Virus record (IMG/VR): IMGVR_UViG_3300028592_000047
Span: 1 to 36,157 of that record
Direction: 5' to 3' (one strand)
DNA from: a virus
Lineage: Duplodnaviria; Caudoviricetes
DNA length: 36,157 nt
Shown here: piece by piece, positions 25,197 through 33,808 of the stretch
How the letters are laid out: every line of letters starts with the position of its first letter
Position numbering within the stretch: position 1 is the first letter of the stretch
The notes under the pieces: model-generated
Databases searched by the model: none
Told to the model about the DNA's origin: nothing
The model's input: the letters and a program-made list of their open reading frames with translations, nothing else
Made by a program: the position numbers and the translations under genes

Positions 25197-26044
25197 CTGA
25201 ACTTGTCAAGACCAACACCCAGTTGCCCGCTCACTTGCAGGGCGTCCAGAAATCCGCCAAGCTCGGCAACGTCGACAGCAGCGACCTGATTCTTCCCCGC
25301 GTCAAGCTTCTGCAGGCCGTATCGCCGGAGCTTGACGCTTTCAACAACGCCAAGAAGGGCGAGTTCTGGCACACTATCGCTGGCGAATCGCTCGGCACGG
25401 TTCTGCGCGGCATCCCGATTGTGGTCCGCAAGTCTTATGTCCTGTGGTCGCCGCGCGGCGATGATCGCGGCGTTCTGGCCCGCGCCAACGACGGGCTCAA
25501 CTGGGACGCCCCGGCAGGCACCGAGTTCACGGTCAAGCCGAAAAAGAGCCCCCACAACGTCACCTACAAGCTCGGCGACACCGTTCATGACCGCGTCGAC
25601 GGCCTGCCCGCCCTTTCGGAGTTTGGCTCGTCCATTCCGGGCGACACCAATTCGCCCCCGGCAGCGGCGCTCACCTACCAAATCCTCTGGTACTTTCCCG
25701 ACCTTCCAGGCATGTCGCCCGCGATCATGCTCAACACCCGCTCGTCGGTGAAGCCCGGCAAGGACCTTATCTCCAAGATCGACATGCGGCCCGTCGACCA
25801 TTACGCCGGGGCGTACCAGATCAGCATCGCCAAGGAAGTCGGCGATGATGGCGACTTCTACAACTACCGCTACGCGATGGACGGCTACGCGACCGAGGAC
25901 GAGTTCACCTTCGCTAAGCAGCTGTTCGAGCGGTTCGGCGGCGCTGACTGGAAAGCCAACGACGAAGACACCAGCGACGACGACGCCAAGGCAGGCGGCG
26001 GCGGCAAGTCGTCGGGCGGCGCAAAAGACAGCAAGAAGTTCTAG
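25193..26044 (+). CDS. Putative single-stranded DNA-binding protein
   Basis: DLILPRVKLLQAVSPE N-terminal motif, acidic/Gly tail ending in F, upstream of the polymerase. Confidence 0.7.
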   Translation: MTELVKTNTQLPAHLQGVQKSAKLGNVDSSDLILPRVKLLQAVSPELDAFNNAKKGEFWHTIAGESLGTVLRGIPIVVRKSYVLWSPRGDDRGVLARANDGLNWDAPAGTEFTVKPKKSPHNVTYKLGDTVHDRVDGLPALSEFGSSIPGDTNSPPAAALTYQILWYFPDLPGMSPAIMLNTRSSVKPGKDLISKIDMRPVDHYAGAYQISIAKEVGDDGDFYNYRYAMDGYATEDEFTFAKQLFERFGGADWKANDEDTSDDDAKAGGGGKSSGGAKDSKKF

Positions 26045-26050
26045 CAGCAG

Positions 26051-26240
26051 AGCCGGGTCGACAAAGCGACCGTAAAGCTGCCCTACTCGGTTGGTGCGCC
26101 GTCGATGGCCACCTTGAACCAGATCAGACGGAGCCGGTAGGGCGGCAGGTGGACAGGCAAGGCAGGCGTTTACGCCACAGCTAGACGGGGCAGGAATTGG
26201 CGCTAGTCGCATCTCTTTCCTGCCCCACTCCTTTCGGAGG
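26051..26240 (+). ncRNA. Candidate structured intergenic RNA
   Basis: Five stems, including GCTGCCCTAC/GTAGGGCGGC and GGGGCAGGAA/TTCCTGCCCC. Confidence 0.45.
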
Positions 26241-26245
26241 TAATC

Positions 26246-26491
26246 ATGGCAATGTACCCCATAAACACGCCGCTCGAAAAGTGGCTCACCATCTGGGTTT
26301 TCCACGAGGTGGAACGCATCGTAGACGCGAAGTCTAAGGCGAAAGAACGCTTCAAGTTCTCTGGTATGTCTCCTGAGCAGCGGCGGGCAGCTGGGCTTCC
26401 CACCAATCGCGAGGCGGCAATCGCCTACATCAAGCAACAGTGCGCAGACCGCATCGAGGTCGACGAGGTGGGCAACACATGGCTGAGGTAG
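26246..26491 (+). CDS. Hypothetical protein
   Basis: 81 aa after GGAGGT. Confidence 0.75.
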   Translation: MAMYPINTPLEKWLTIWVFHEVERIVDAKSKAKERFKFSGMSPEQRRAAGLPTNREAAIAYIKQQCADRIEVDEVGNTWLR

Positions 26492-26673
26492 GCGGTGCCA
26501 ATGTCCTCAAAAGCGTGAAGCTAGCCAACGCCAAGTTGCGCAGGCTCCGCGATCAGTTTCGCACATACAGGGGCCTCGAAAACAACTACAGTAAGAAAGC
26601 TTCAAGGAAGCTCCAGGAGATAGCGATGACCCGCCATCTGATGAAAGAGAATGGGATACCAGAAGATGAGTGA
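26479..26673 (+). CDS. Hypothetical basic protein
   Basis: Fills the gap before the polymerase; start uncertain. Confidence 0.5.
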   Translation: MAEVGGANVLKSVKLANAKLRRLRDQFRTYRGLENNYSKKASRKLQEIAMTRHLMKENGIPEDE

Positions 26674-28492
26674 CTATCTCGACGCAATTGACCCCGAACT
26701 AGCGCTGATGATCGTGCGGGAAAGTAAGGTGATCGCCTATGACACCGAAACTTCCGGCCTTGTCCACGGCGTTGCCTTCATCTGCGGGTATGTCATCACC
26801 GATCACTCGCACTCCCTTTACATTCCGGTCCGCCACGAGGGCGGCGGCAACATTCCGTTCGTCGAGGAATTCGAGCAGGAGCTCAACGCGGCGTTTCAAG
26901 AGCGCGGGCGTCTCGGCCTTCGCACGGTCGGTCACAACCTTGGCTTCGATCTGCGCATGTCGGCGTGGCACAACGTCTGGCCCCAAAGCCCCCTCGAAGA
27001 CACGTTGATCAATGAAGGTCTGATCGACGACCGGACCATCGGTTACGGCCTCGACGACTGTTGCCGCAGACACCAAGTCACCGCCAAGAAGGGCGACGAG
27101 CTCTACCGCGCTATCGCTGAGAGGTTCGGCGGAATCCCCGATCGCAAACAGATGGCTAACTTCTGGCGGATGCCGGGGGACCAATTCGAAGTGGTGGACT
27201 ACGCCACGGGTGACGGCGTGTCGACGTTGGAGTTGTGGTCGTCACAGAACGTGCTGCTCGACCAAGAACAGCTGAGGGTTCCGTGGCAGCTGGAGTGCGA
27301 CCTCCTGCCCTACCTCGCCCGCATGCACAGACGCGGAATCCGAATTGACGCCGACTACGCCGAAAGGGTGGAGGACGACCTCAAGGATCAGATCAAGGAA
27401 GCCAGTTCCGTATTTTCGGCGGGTTTCAACGTCCGGTCCCCCAAGGAAGTCGAGGCGCTGTATCGGGCCAACGGCTACGGCGACGACTCCTTCGATCGCA
27501 CGGATACCGGCAAGGTTTCCTTCACCGAAAGCTGGCTCGAAACTAATGAGATCGGCAGCAGCATCCTCGGCGTTCGCCGTCTGGAAAAGGCGCGCGACAG
27601 CTTTATCGCCCCGCTCGCCGTCACCAACAACATCGCTGGGCGGGTTCACGCCACGCTCAATCAGTCCAAATCCGACGAATACGGCGTTGCTGGTTCCCGC
27701 CTCTCCTGCTCGGTCCCCAATCTCCAGGCGTTCCCCAAGCGCAACAAGCAGGTCGGCAAGGTCGTGCGCCGCCTAGTCATTGCTGATGACGGTATGTTGC
27801 TGGAGGAAGGCGATGCGATGCAGCAGGAGCCGCGCTTCTTTGCCCATTACAGTGAAGACGAGGCGCTGCTTCACGGCTACAACACCGACCCGTCCTTCTC
27901 GGTCCACCATCGCGCCAACGACATGATGTTCGACGGGCAGGAGTACGATAAGGCCAAGCGCATGGCCATGGGCATCCTTTCGATGATGTACCCCAGGGCG
28001 CTGGCTGGCCATCTGCGCATCAGCGTCAAGGAAGCCTCGGCGCTGCGGCAAAAGTTCCTCTACGAGGCGTTCCCCGCGATCGGCCAGTTCCAAAAGGACG
28101 TGGTCAGTGTATTCGAGAGCCGGGGTTATGTTCGCTCGATCCTAGGCCGAAAAGCGAGGCTGGAGACGAGCAAGTGGGCGTACAAGGGCGTGTCGCGCGT
28201 GATCCAGAACAGCGGCGGCGACCATATCAAGACGTGCATTCTGCGCGCCTGCCAGTACGAGGACGCCTACCCCGACTTGGTTCAAATCCTACTGTCCATT
28301 CACGACTCCGTTATGTGGCAGCGCGACCCGGCCCACTCCCCCAAGGAGTTGGTGCGCGTAATGGAGAACGTGCCGCACGAGCCGCAGTTCAACCTCCGCC
28401 TGCCCATTCCTTTCGAGGTGGGCTCCGCTCGCAACTGGTCGGACGCGTCGTACGGCCCCAAGATCAAGGATAAGATGGGATGGCAAATCTAG
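26651..28492 (+). CDS. Family A DNA polymerase with 3'-5' exonuclease; candidate Z-selective DpoZ (start may be 26666)
   Basis: ExoI IAYDTETSGL, ExoII GHNLGFDL, ExoIII YATGD; SRLSCSVPNLQ, motif A GDAMQQEPR, motif B KAKRMAMGILS, motif C SIHDS. Confidence 0.93.
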   Translation: MGYQKMSDYLDAIDPELALMIVRESKVIAYDTETSGLVHGVAFICGYVITDHSHSLYIPVRHEGGGNIPFVEEFEQELNAAFQERGRLGLRTVGHNLGFDLRMSAWHNVWPQSPLEDTLINEGLIDDRTIGYGLDDCCRRHQVTAKKGDELYRAIAERFGGIPDRKQMANFWRMPGDQFEVVDYATGDGVSTLELWSSQNVLLDQEQLRVPWQLECDLLPYLARMHRRGIRIDADYAERVEDDLKDQIKEASSVFSAGFNVRSPKEVEALYRANGYGDDSFDRTDTGKVSFTESWLETNEIGSSILGVRRLEKARDSFIAPLAVTNNIAGRVHATLNQSKSDEYGVAGSRLSCSVPNLQAFPKRNKQVGKVVRRLVIADDGMLLEEGDAMQQEPRFFAHYSEDEALLHGYNTDPSFSVHHRANDMMFDGQEYDKAKRMAMGILSMMYPRALAGHLRISVKEASALRQKFLYEAFPAIGQFQKDVVSVFESRGYVRSILGRKARLETSKWAYKGVSRVIQNSGGDHIKTCILRACQYEDAYPDLVQILLSIHDSVMWQRDPAHSPKELVRVMENVPHEPQFNLRLPIPFEVGSARNWSDASYGPKIKDKMGWQI

Positions 28493-28839
28493 GCAACTCG
28501 ATTCGTCCGAAAGGTAAGTCGTTCCACAGCATCATGCGGGCTGTTATGGCGGCGATATCCGAGCCAGACACAAGCGTGGTCCACATCAGCGACTCCCTTC
28601 ACACAGCGCGGCATCACATGCAATACGCGGCCCACATCGTTCAGCCGCTTGGCGAGTTCGCCAAAGTGCGCCTGACAGACATGTGGATTGTGTTCGACAA
28701 CGGGTCGCGAGTCAACTTTGTGTCGGGGCGTGACACCTACTGGGTAAAGGGCAACCGGCACCGCAGATTCTTCATCGACCATTACGCGTTCGAAGAGGGG
28801 TTGACACCGGTTGAGCTCCGTGGTAAAGTGGAGGTGTAG
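28480..28839 (+). CDS. Hypothetical protein
   Basis: 119 aa; IVFDNGSRVNF...FFIDH resembles a degenerate P-loop fragment. Confidence 0.65.
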   Translation: MANLGNSIRPKGKSFHSIMRAVMAAISEPDTSVVHISDSLHTARHHMQYAAHIVQPLGEFAKVRLTDMWIVFDNGSRVNFVSGRDTYWVKGNRHRRFFIDHYAFEEGLTPVELRGKVEV

Positions 28840-28842
28840 GGG

Positions 28843-29073
28843 ATGGTAGTCCGGCCTAATGACCCAACCGTGGCGATTGAGGGGAAAATTGAGCACAAAG
28901 CACCGAAATCGTACCTTATGGAACTTACGCTCGGTGGCCGCTATTTCGTGCCGTTTTCTCAGATACTCGGCGGCATGGACGGTATCGGTGACCCGGACGG
29001 CCACGGCAATTTCCAAATCGAAGTCTCGCAGTGGTGGTGGGACAGGAAAACGGAGGTAGAGGATACGCGATGA
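28843..29073 (+). CDS. Hypothetical protein
   Basis: 76 aa after GGAGG; YFVPFSQI motif. Confidence 0.75.
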   Translation: MVVRPNDPTVAIEGKIEHKAPKSYLMELTLGGRYFVPFSQILGGMDGIGDPDGHGNFQIEVSQWWWDRKTEVEDTR

Positions 29074-29453
29074 AGCCGGAAGCGAAAGCTAAGAACGCGA
29101 TTGTCGACGCCTTCCAGGAGGGTGGGCATTATGCGCGCCGCTTCGAGGATCAGTTCTATGTCGGTTTCCCCGATATGATACTGATACCTCGCGGCTATCC
29201 GGCTTTCTTCACCGAGGCTAAGATTGTCGACGGGCTGCAATTCAAGCCCCGACTTCGGCAATGGGTTGAGCTTGACCGGCTGTCCCTTTCGCCGAAGCAC
29301 GTGATTCCCACAATGTTGGGGGTAAAGGCGGGTGTCCACTACCTGCACAAGTTCGCCAAAATCGTGCACATTGTCGACTGCGTAAAGCAGCGGGATGGCG
29401 AACACATAGTGGATTTGTTCAAGCGATACTACCACGAAAGGATGGAATTATGA
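29070..29453 (+). CDS. VRR-NUC / PD-(D/E)xK nuclease (resolvase-like)
   Basis: KPE...GFPDMILI...FFTEAK...Q motifs. Confidence 0.8.
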   Translation: MKPEAKAKNAIVDAFQEGGHYARRFEDQFYVGFPDMILIPRGYPAFFTEAKIVDGLQFKPRLRQWVELDRLSLSPKHVIPTMLGVKAGVHYLHKFAKIVHIVDCVKQRDGEHIVDLFKRYYHERMEL

Positions 29454-29848
29454 GTGACAACAAACGCGTTGCCGGTGACCTCATCACCCAAGCGGCCAAG
29501 ACAGTCCTGAAAGACCGCCCCGGCGTCCACGGGTCGGTTGAAAACAGCTTCCAGATGATCGCCGACCTCTGGAACGTGCGTATCGCCCACAAGCGCGCCA
29601 TTCACGGCAGCGATGCTCTGCTCAACCCGGCTGACGTGGCGCAGTTCATGGCCGACCTCAAGTCGTGCCGCACCTCTTACGGCGACCCGATGAACGCTGA
29701 CAACTTCGTCGACGGCATCGGCTACCTCGCCTTGGCGGGCATGCTCACCTTGCCCGACCCAGACGCTTCCAAATCGGTGGGGGACGAGCTCGAAAAAGAG
29801 TTCCCGCCAATAAGCGGCAAGACCGTTCACACCAACATCAACGCGTAA
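29450..29848 (+). CDS. DUF6378-like protein
   Basis: DR..VHG..ENSFQMIADLW, DVAQFMADLKSCR, DNFVDGIGYLAL. Confidence 0.75.
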   Translation: MSDNKRVAGDLITQAAKTVLKDRPGVHGSVENSFQMIADLWNVRIAHKRAIHGSDALLNPADVAQFMADLKSCRTSYGDPMNADNFVDGIGYLALAGMLTLPDPDASKSVGDELEKEFPPISGKTVHTNINA

Positions 29849-29859
29849 GGACACGACAA

Positions 29860-30924
29860 ATGCACAGCGTCCCCTTGTTCGAAGCGACCGGAGCTCACGT
29901 TCTGGTCGATGGTCAATACGGCTCCACGGGCAAGGGGGTGCTGGCCGCTTGGCTGGCACTCAGGGCCATGGAGCGGGGTATCGTTTTCGACACTGTCGTC
30001 AGCAATGCCGGTCCGAACTCTGGTCACACGTTTTACCACGGCAGCGAAAAGCACGTCCTGAAACAGCTGCCCACGTTCGCCGTAGCGTCCTACCTTCTCC
30101 ACAACGAGGACTTCGCTCCGGACGTCGTCCTTTCGGCGGGCGCGATCATCGACCCTATTCAGCTGGGCGTCGAGGCCGAAAAGTACCCCGGCATCACGAT
30201 CCATGTTCACCCCAATGCGGCGGTCATCACCGCCGAGGACCGGGCGGCGGAGCATTCCGGCACCATAGCCGCCGTGGCTGGTACCCGAAGTGGCACTGGC
30301 GCGGCGCTAGCCCGGAAGGTGCAGCGGGACCCCAAGGCGGTGGTAGCGGGTGCGAGGCTGCCGGTCCAGATGACCTCGCAGCCCAACATCAAGGTCGCCG
30401 CCGTTGAGCACGACGCCTACAACGATCGGGTGTTCGTCGAGGTGAGCCAGGGTTTTTCGTTGGGCATTAACCAGCCGTTCTATCCGAAGGTCACGAGCAG
30501 GGAGTGCACCGTTGCACAAGCCATCGCTGATGCTGGTATTCCGCCGAGGCACGTCACCAAGACTTACCTATCGCTTCGTACTTTTCCGATACGCGTCGGC
30601 AACGTGGATGGGCACGACAGCGGGGACTGGTACCCCGATCAGGTTGAAACTGACTGGGTCGCGCTCGGTGTCGAACCAGAACTCACCACCGTCACCCAGA
30701 GGGTGAGGCGTGTCGCAACATGGTCCGAGGAACAATTCCTCGATGCCTGCCGTGCCAATGACCCGGACATTGTGTTCCTGAACTTCCTCAACTATATTGA
30801 TGACGTGGAAGTTCGCATGCGGTTCATCGACGGCGTTGCCGATCTTCGGGACAACCTGCCCCGCTGGTACGATATCTACGGCAGCACCGGCCCCAAGTCG
30901 GAGGACGTAAGCTACTATGGTTAA
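29860..30924 (+). CDS. purZ: N6-succino-2-amino-dAMP synthase (adenylosuccinate synthetase paralog)
   Basis: DGQYGSTGKG (Ser in place of the PurA catalytic Asp of GDEGKG), PNSGHT, SQGFSLG, YPKVTSRE, RTFPIRVG, ELTTVTQRVRRV, FLNFLNY. Confidence 0.9.
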   Translation: MHSVPLFEATGAHVLVDGQYGSTGKGVLAAWLALRAMERGIVFDTVVSNAGPNSGHTFYHGSEKHVLKQLPTFAVASYLLHNEDFAPDVVLSAGAIIDPIQLGVEAEKYPGITIHVHPNAAVITAEDRAAEHSGTIAAVAGTRSGTGAALARKVQRDPKAVVAGARLPVQMTSQPNIKVAAVEHDAYNDRVFVEVSQGFSLGINQPFYPKVTSRECTVAQAIADAGIPPRHVTKTYLSLRTFPIRVGNVDGHDSGDWYPDQVETDWVALGVEPELTTVTQRVRRVATWSEEQFLDACRANDPDIVFLNFLNYIDDVEVRMRFIDGVADLRDNLPRWYDIYGSTGPKSEDVSYYG

Positions 30925-31381
30925 CCACACTTACGACGATGACTACGAGGAAGAAATAGTGCGCAACGAAAAGGAACACTCTACGCACCCGGTCCGCCCC
31001 TTGGTGCCCCGCCTATCCAGAGAAGACATGGAACAAATCGCTAGCAGGGTAGAGAAGGCGGCGGGCGTAGATTTCCACGTGAATCTTCAATCTCCGCCCA
31101 ATCAGCCCCTGACGATCGAAATCCCAAGCGAGGTCCTCCAGTATCGCGAAGATATCCGCCGCTTCGTCGACGCGATGCTCTACAAATTGAAGGTCCACCA
31201 CCGAAAAGGCAGGTGGGAGGGTAAGACCATCGACGAATATCTGCCGCTATTGGAGGGGGAGGTGGCCGAGCTACGGGAAGCCTGTGGCGGCGGCAACTTG
31301 ATAGAGATACTCATGGAGGCCGCTGACACCGCCAACATGGCTATGATCATATCAGCAATAGCGGTGGAGCGAGGGAAATGA
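30917..31381 (+). CDS. mazZ: MazG-like all-alpha (d)NTP pyrophosphohydrolase, probable dGMP supplier
   Basis: LEGEVAELREA...ILMEAADTANMA (ExxE...ExxD); overlaps the purZ stop. Confidence 0.72.
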   Translation: MVNHTYDDDYEEEIVRNEKEHSTHPVRPLVPRLSREDMEQIASRVEKAAGVDFHVNLQSPPNQPLTIEIPSEVLQYREDIRRFVDAMLYKLKVHHRKGRWEGKTIDEYLPLLEGEVAELREACGGGNLIEILMEAADTANMAMIISAIAVERGK

Positions 31382-31587
31382 GTACGCCTTTCATGGGTAC
31401 TGTAGGTTTCGACACCGGAATCAAGGACAAGCACGGGAACCCCATCCACATCGGGGACGAGCTACGTTTCGACGAAAGGGAGTGGGGCGGACCCTGCATA
31501 TTCACGGTGGGGTTCGTCGACGGAGAGTTGACGGGCTGCGGCTCGATCGGTGACTGGTCGGAATGGTGCGAGGTGGTGCAGAAATGA
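31378..31587 (+). CDS. YopX-like small protein
   Basis: TGIKDKHGNPIHIGDEL motif. Confidence 0.65.
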   Translation: MSTPFMGTVGFDTGIKDKHGNPIHIGDELRFDEREWGGPCIFTVGFVDGELTGCGSIGDWSEWCEVVQK

Positions 31588-31790
31588 CCAGTCGCCCTAC
31601 ACACGACGCGGTGCAGATCGTCAAGGCCGTCCTTTGGGAAGAAGCCAAAGGCAAGCTCCGAGCCCTCGTTGCCGCCGAGGGGTCAAGATACAGCACTCCT
31701 GAAAAGGGCGAGCCCTTCAAGCACGAGGTAATCTCGGAGGAAATCGAGGCGTTCATCAAGGCTTTTGAGGGCGAGGAGTACAATCTGTGA
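31584..31790 (+). CDS. Hypothetical protein
   Basis: 68 aa overlapping both neighbours by 4 nt. Confidence 0.7.
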   Translation: MTSRPTHDAVQIVKAVLWEEAKGKLRALVAAEGSRYSTPEKGEPFKHEVISEEIEAFIKAFEGEEYNL

Positions 31791-32341
31791 CCAGTCGCAA
31801 CACAATTTTCAACGAGTTGGATCACCGCCTTTCGGTCGTTAAGCGTTGGGGCATCCTCCACACAATCCAGACGCAATCGGTGGCGGAGCATTGCTTCAAC
31901 GTTCAGCGCATCGCCATGCGGATTGCGCGAGAATGGTTCGGGATACAGAACCCCTCCGTTATGCTCCAGATTGCCGAAAGGGCGCACCACCACGACGATC
32001 TGGAATCGGTGATGGGCGACCCGCCCACGATGATCAAGCCGTACCTCGACGAGGAAGGCATGGCGAGGGATCACGCCGATCTTGTGCCGATACGCACGGT
32101 CAATAACGAAGTGAAGCGAATCGTCAAGCTGGCCGACATGCTTGAGGCGTTCCACTTCATCTGCATCGAGCGGTTGCTCGGCAACAGGTTTGTCGAGAAC
32201 CACTACAAGAGCTACTGGAACGAAATCGGTGACTACGTGATCACGGCGTTCCCGGATTGTAACATATGGGGCGACGTGTCAGGTGTCATGGAGAACATGG
32301 CGAACGACATCTCCGAACGCCACAGCAAGCGGGGCCGCTGA
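31787..32341 (+). CDS. datZ: HD-domain phosphohydrolase, probable dATP triphosphohydrolase
   Basis: VKRWGIL...[10 protein letters not shown]...[17 protein letters not shown]...[10 protein letters not shown]; co-located with purZ. Confidence 0.85.
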   Translation: MTSRNTIFNELDHRLSVVKRWGILHTIQTQSVAEHCFNVQRIAMRIAREWFGIQNPSVMLQIAERAHHHDDLESVMGDPPTMIKPYLDEEGMARDHADLVPIRTVNNEVKRIVKLADMLEAFHFICIERLLGNRFVENHYKSYWNEIGDYVITAFPDCNIWGDVSGVMENMANDISERHSKRGR

Positions 32342-32342
32342 C

Positions 32343-33731
32343 ATGCAGCTTTTCGATGTGCAGAAGGAAGGCTTGCGGCGCAGCGGCGGCGCTCGTGGCT
32401 TCGGGTATTTCATGGAGCAGGGCCTCGGTAAGACGTTGACCGCCGAGGCCGACTACCTGGAACGCGTGGCAGAAGGTAACGCCGACCGTTCCATCGTGGT
32501 GTGCCCCAATTCGTTCAAGGGCGGGTGGGTGTCGGACGCCGAAAAGCACGGGCTGGAAATCGACCAGATGGTTTACGACAGCGGCAGCAACGCCGCGTCG
32601 TATTGGGCGAACCGTCCGTCCAATCGCCCCAAGCAACTGATCATCAACTACGAGGCCATCCGCTCCGAAGCGACGATGAACTTCCTTAAGGGGTTCATGC
32701 TCAACCGCCGCGTTTTCGGCATATTTGACGAGAGCATCAAGCTCAAGACATTCAACAGCAGCCAGACCAAGGCCGCCATCGAAATCAGCAAGGATTTTTC
32801 CTACTCCCGCATCCTTTCGGGGAAGCCGGTTTCGCAGGGTCCGCATGACTTGTGGGCGCAGATGCGCGTCATCGGTCAGCTGAATGGTCGCGAGTACTAT
32901 CCGTTCAAGACTATGTTCTGCAAGATGGGCGGCTTCAAGATGAAGCAGGTGATGGGGGTCCAGAACGAGGATTTTCTCCGCCCGATGATCGAACCGCATG
33001 TGTTCCGGGCCACTAAGCTGGACTGGACCGACCTACCGCCCAAGCTGTACACCAGCCGGGAATACAAGATGTCGGGTGACATGCTCACTATGTACAAGCA
33101 GATGCATGAGGAATTCGTTGTTTGGCTCAACGAAGATGAGAATGTATCGGTAGACGCCGCCATCACGAAGTACATCAAGCTGGCGCAGATTCAGTGCGGC
33201 TGGATTTACGACAACGAAGGCAAAGTCCGCCAGCTGGTCGACGACGAAAAGAACCCGCGCCTAAACCTGCTGTCTGACACGATTGAAGAAGAGATCGTGG
33301 GCAAGACAATCGTCGTGTATCACCACAAGCCGGTGTACGACCAATTGATGCGGCGCTTCAAGCATCTGAACCCGGCGTGGATCAAAGGGAAGATGAAGTC
33401 GGAAGAGATTGAGGCCCAAAAGCGCCGCTTCAATGAGGACGACGACTGCCGCATCATTTTCTTGCAGGATGACGCCTCGAAGTACGGCCACACGCTTTTG
33501 GGCAACCAGTCCAAGACGGAGACGGCTTGCTTCAACACGTTGTTTTATGAGAACAGTTACTCGCTCGACACCCGGAGCCAGATCGAGGACCGAAACCACC
33601 GGCATGGGCAGACGATGGATTCGGTCCTCTACACCGATCTAATCGGAAGTCCGCTAGATCGGGATTGTGTTGCGGCTCTGGTGCGCAAGGAAAGTGTTTT
33701 CCAAGCTATTTTCGGCCACCTTAGGCGCTAA
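32343..33731 (+). CDS. SNF2-family helicase
   Basis: MEQGLGKT, IVVCP, INYE, IFDES, LSGKP, SQIEDRNHRHGQ. Confidence 0.9.
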   Translation: MQLFDVQKEGLRRSGGARGFGYFMEQGLGKTLTAEADYLERVAEGNADRSIVVCPNSFKGGWVSDAEKHGLEIDQMVYDSGSNAASYWANRPSNRPKQLIINYEAIRSEATMNFLKGFMLNRRVFGIFDESIKLKTFNSSQTKAAIEISKDFSYSRILSGKPVSQGPHDLWAQMRVIGQLNGREYYPFKTMFCKMGGFKMKQVMGVQNEDFLRPMIEPHVFRATKLDWTDLPPKLYTSREYKMSGDMLTMYKQMHEEFVVWLNEDENVSVDAAITKYIKLAQIQCGWIYDNEGKVRQLVDDEKNPRLNLLSDTIEEEIVGKTIVVYHHKPVYDQLMRRFKHLNPAWIKGKMKSEEIEAQKRRFNEDDDCRIIFLQDDASKYGHTLLGNQSKTETACFNTLFYENSYSLDTRSQIEDRNHRHGQTMDSVLYTDLIGSPLDRDCVAALVRKESVFQAIFGHLRR

Positions 33732-33808
33732 GGTCTGGGCGGCGGGCTAAGCAGTACGATCACCGTGATGGTGCAGATGATGAACACGCCGAAAAGGAGC
33801 AAGTTCAC
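33728..33808 (-). CDS. Possible 26-aa membrane peptide
   Basis: GTGA overlap with the upstream stop; MNLLLFGVFIICTITVIVLLSPPPRP. Confidence 0.35.
   Translation of the reverse strand: MNLLLFGVFIICTITVIVLLSPPPRP

Noticed and set aside
20690-26437. Long - strand ORFs 20690-21865 and 25175-26437
   Set aside because: Antisense to primase and SSB, which carry clear motifs and RBSs
29860-30924. Annotation as ordinary adenylosuccinate synthetase PurA
   Set aside because: The catalytic Asp of GDEGKG is Ser, the GTP-specifying TKLD is NFLN, and the gene sits with mazZ- and datZ-like genes
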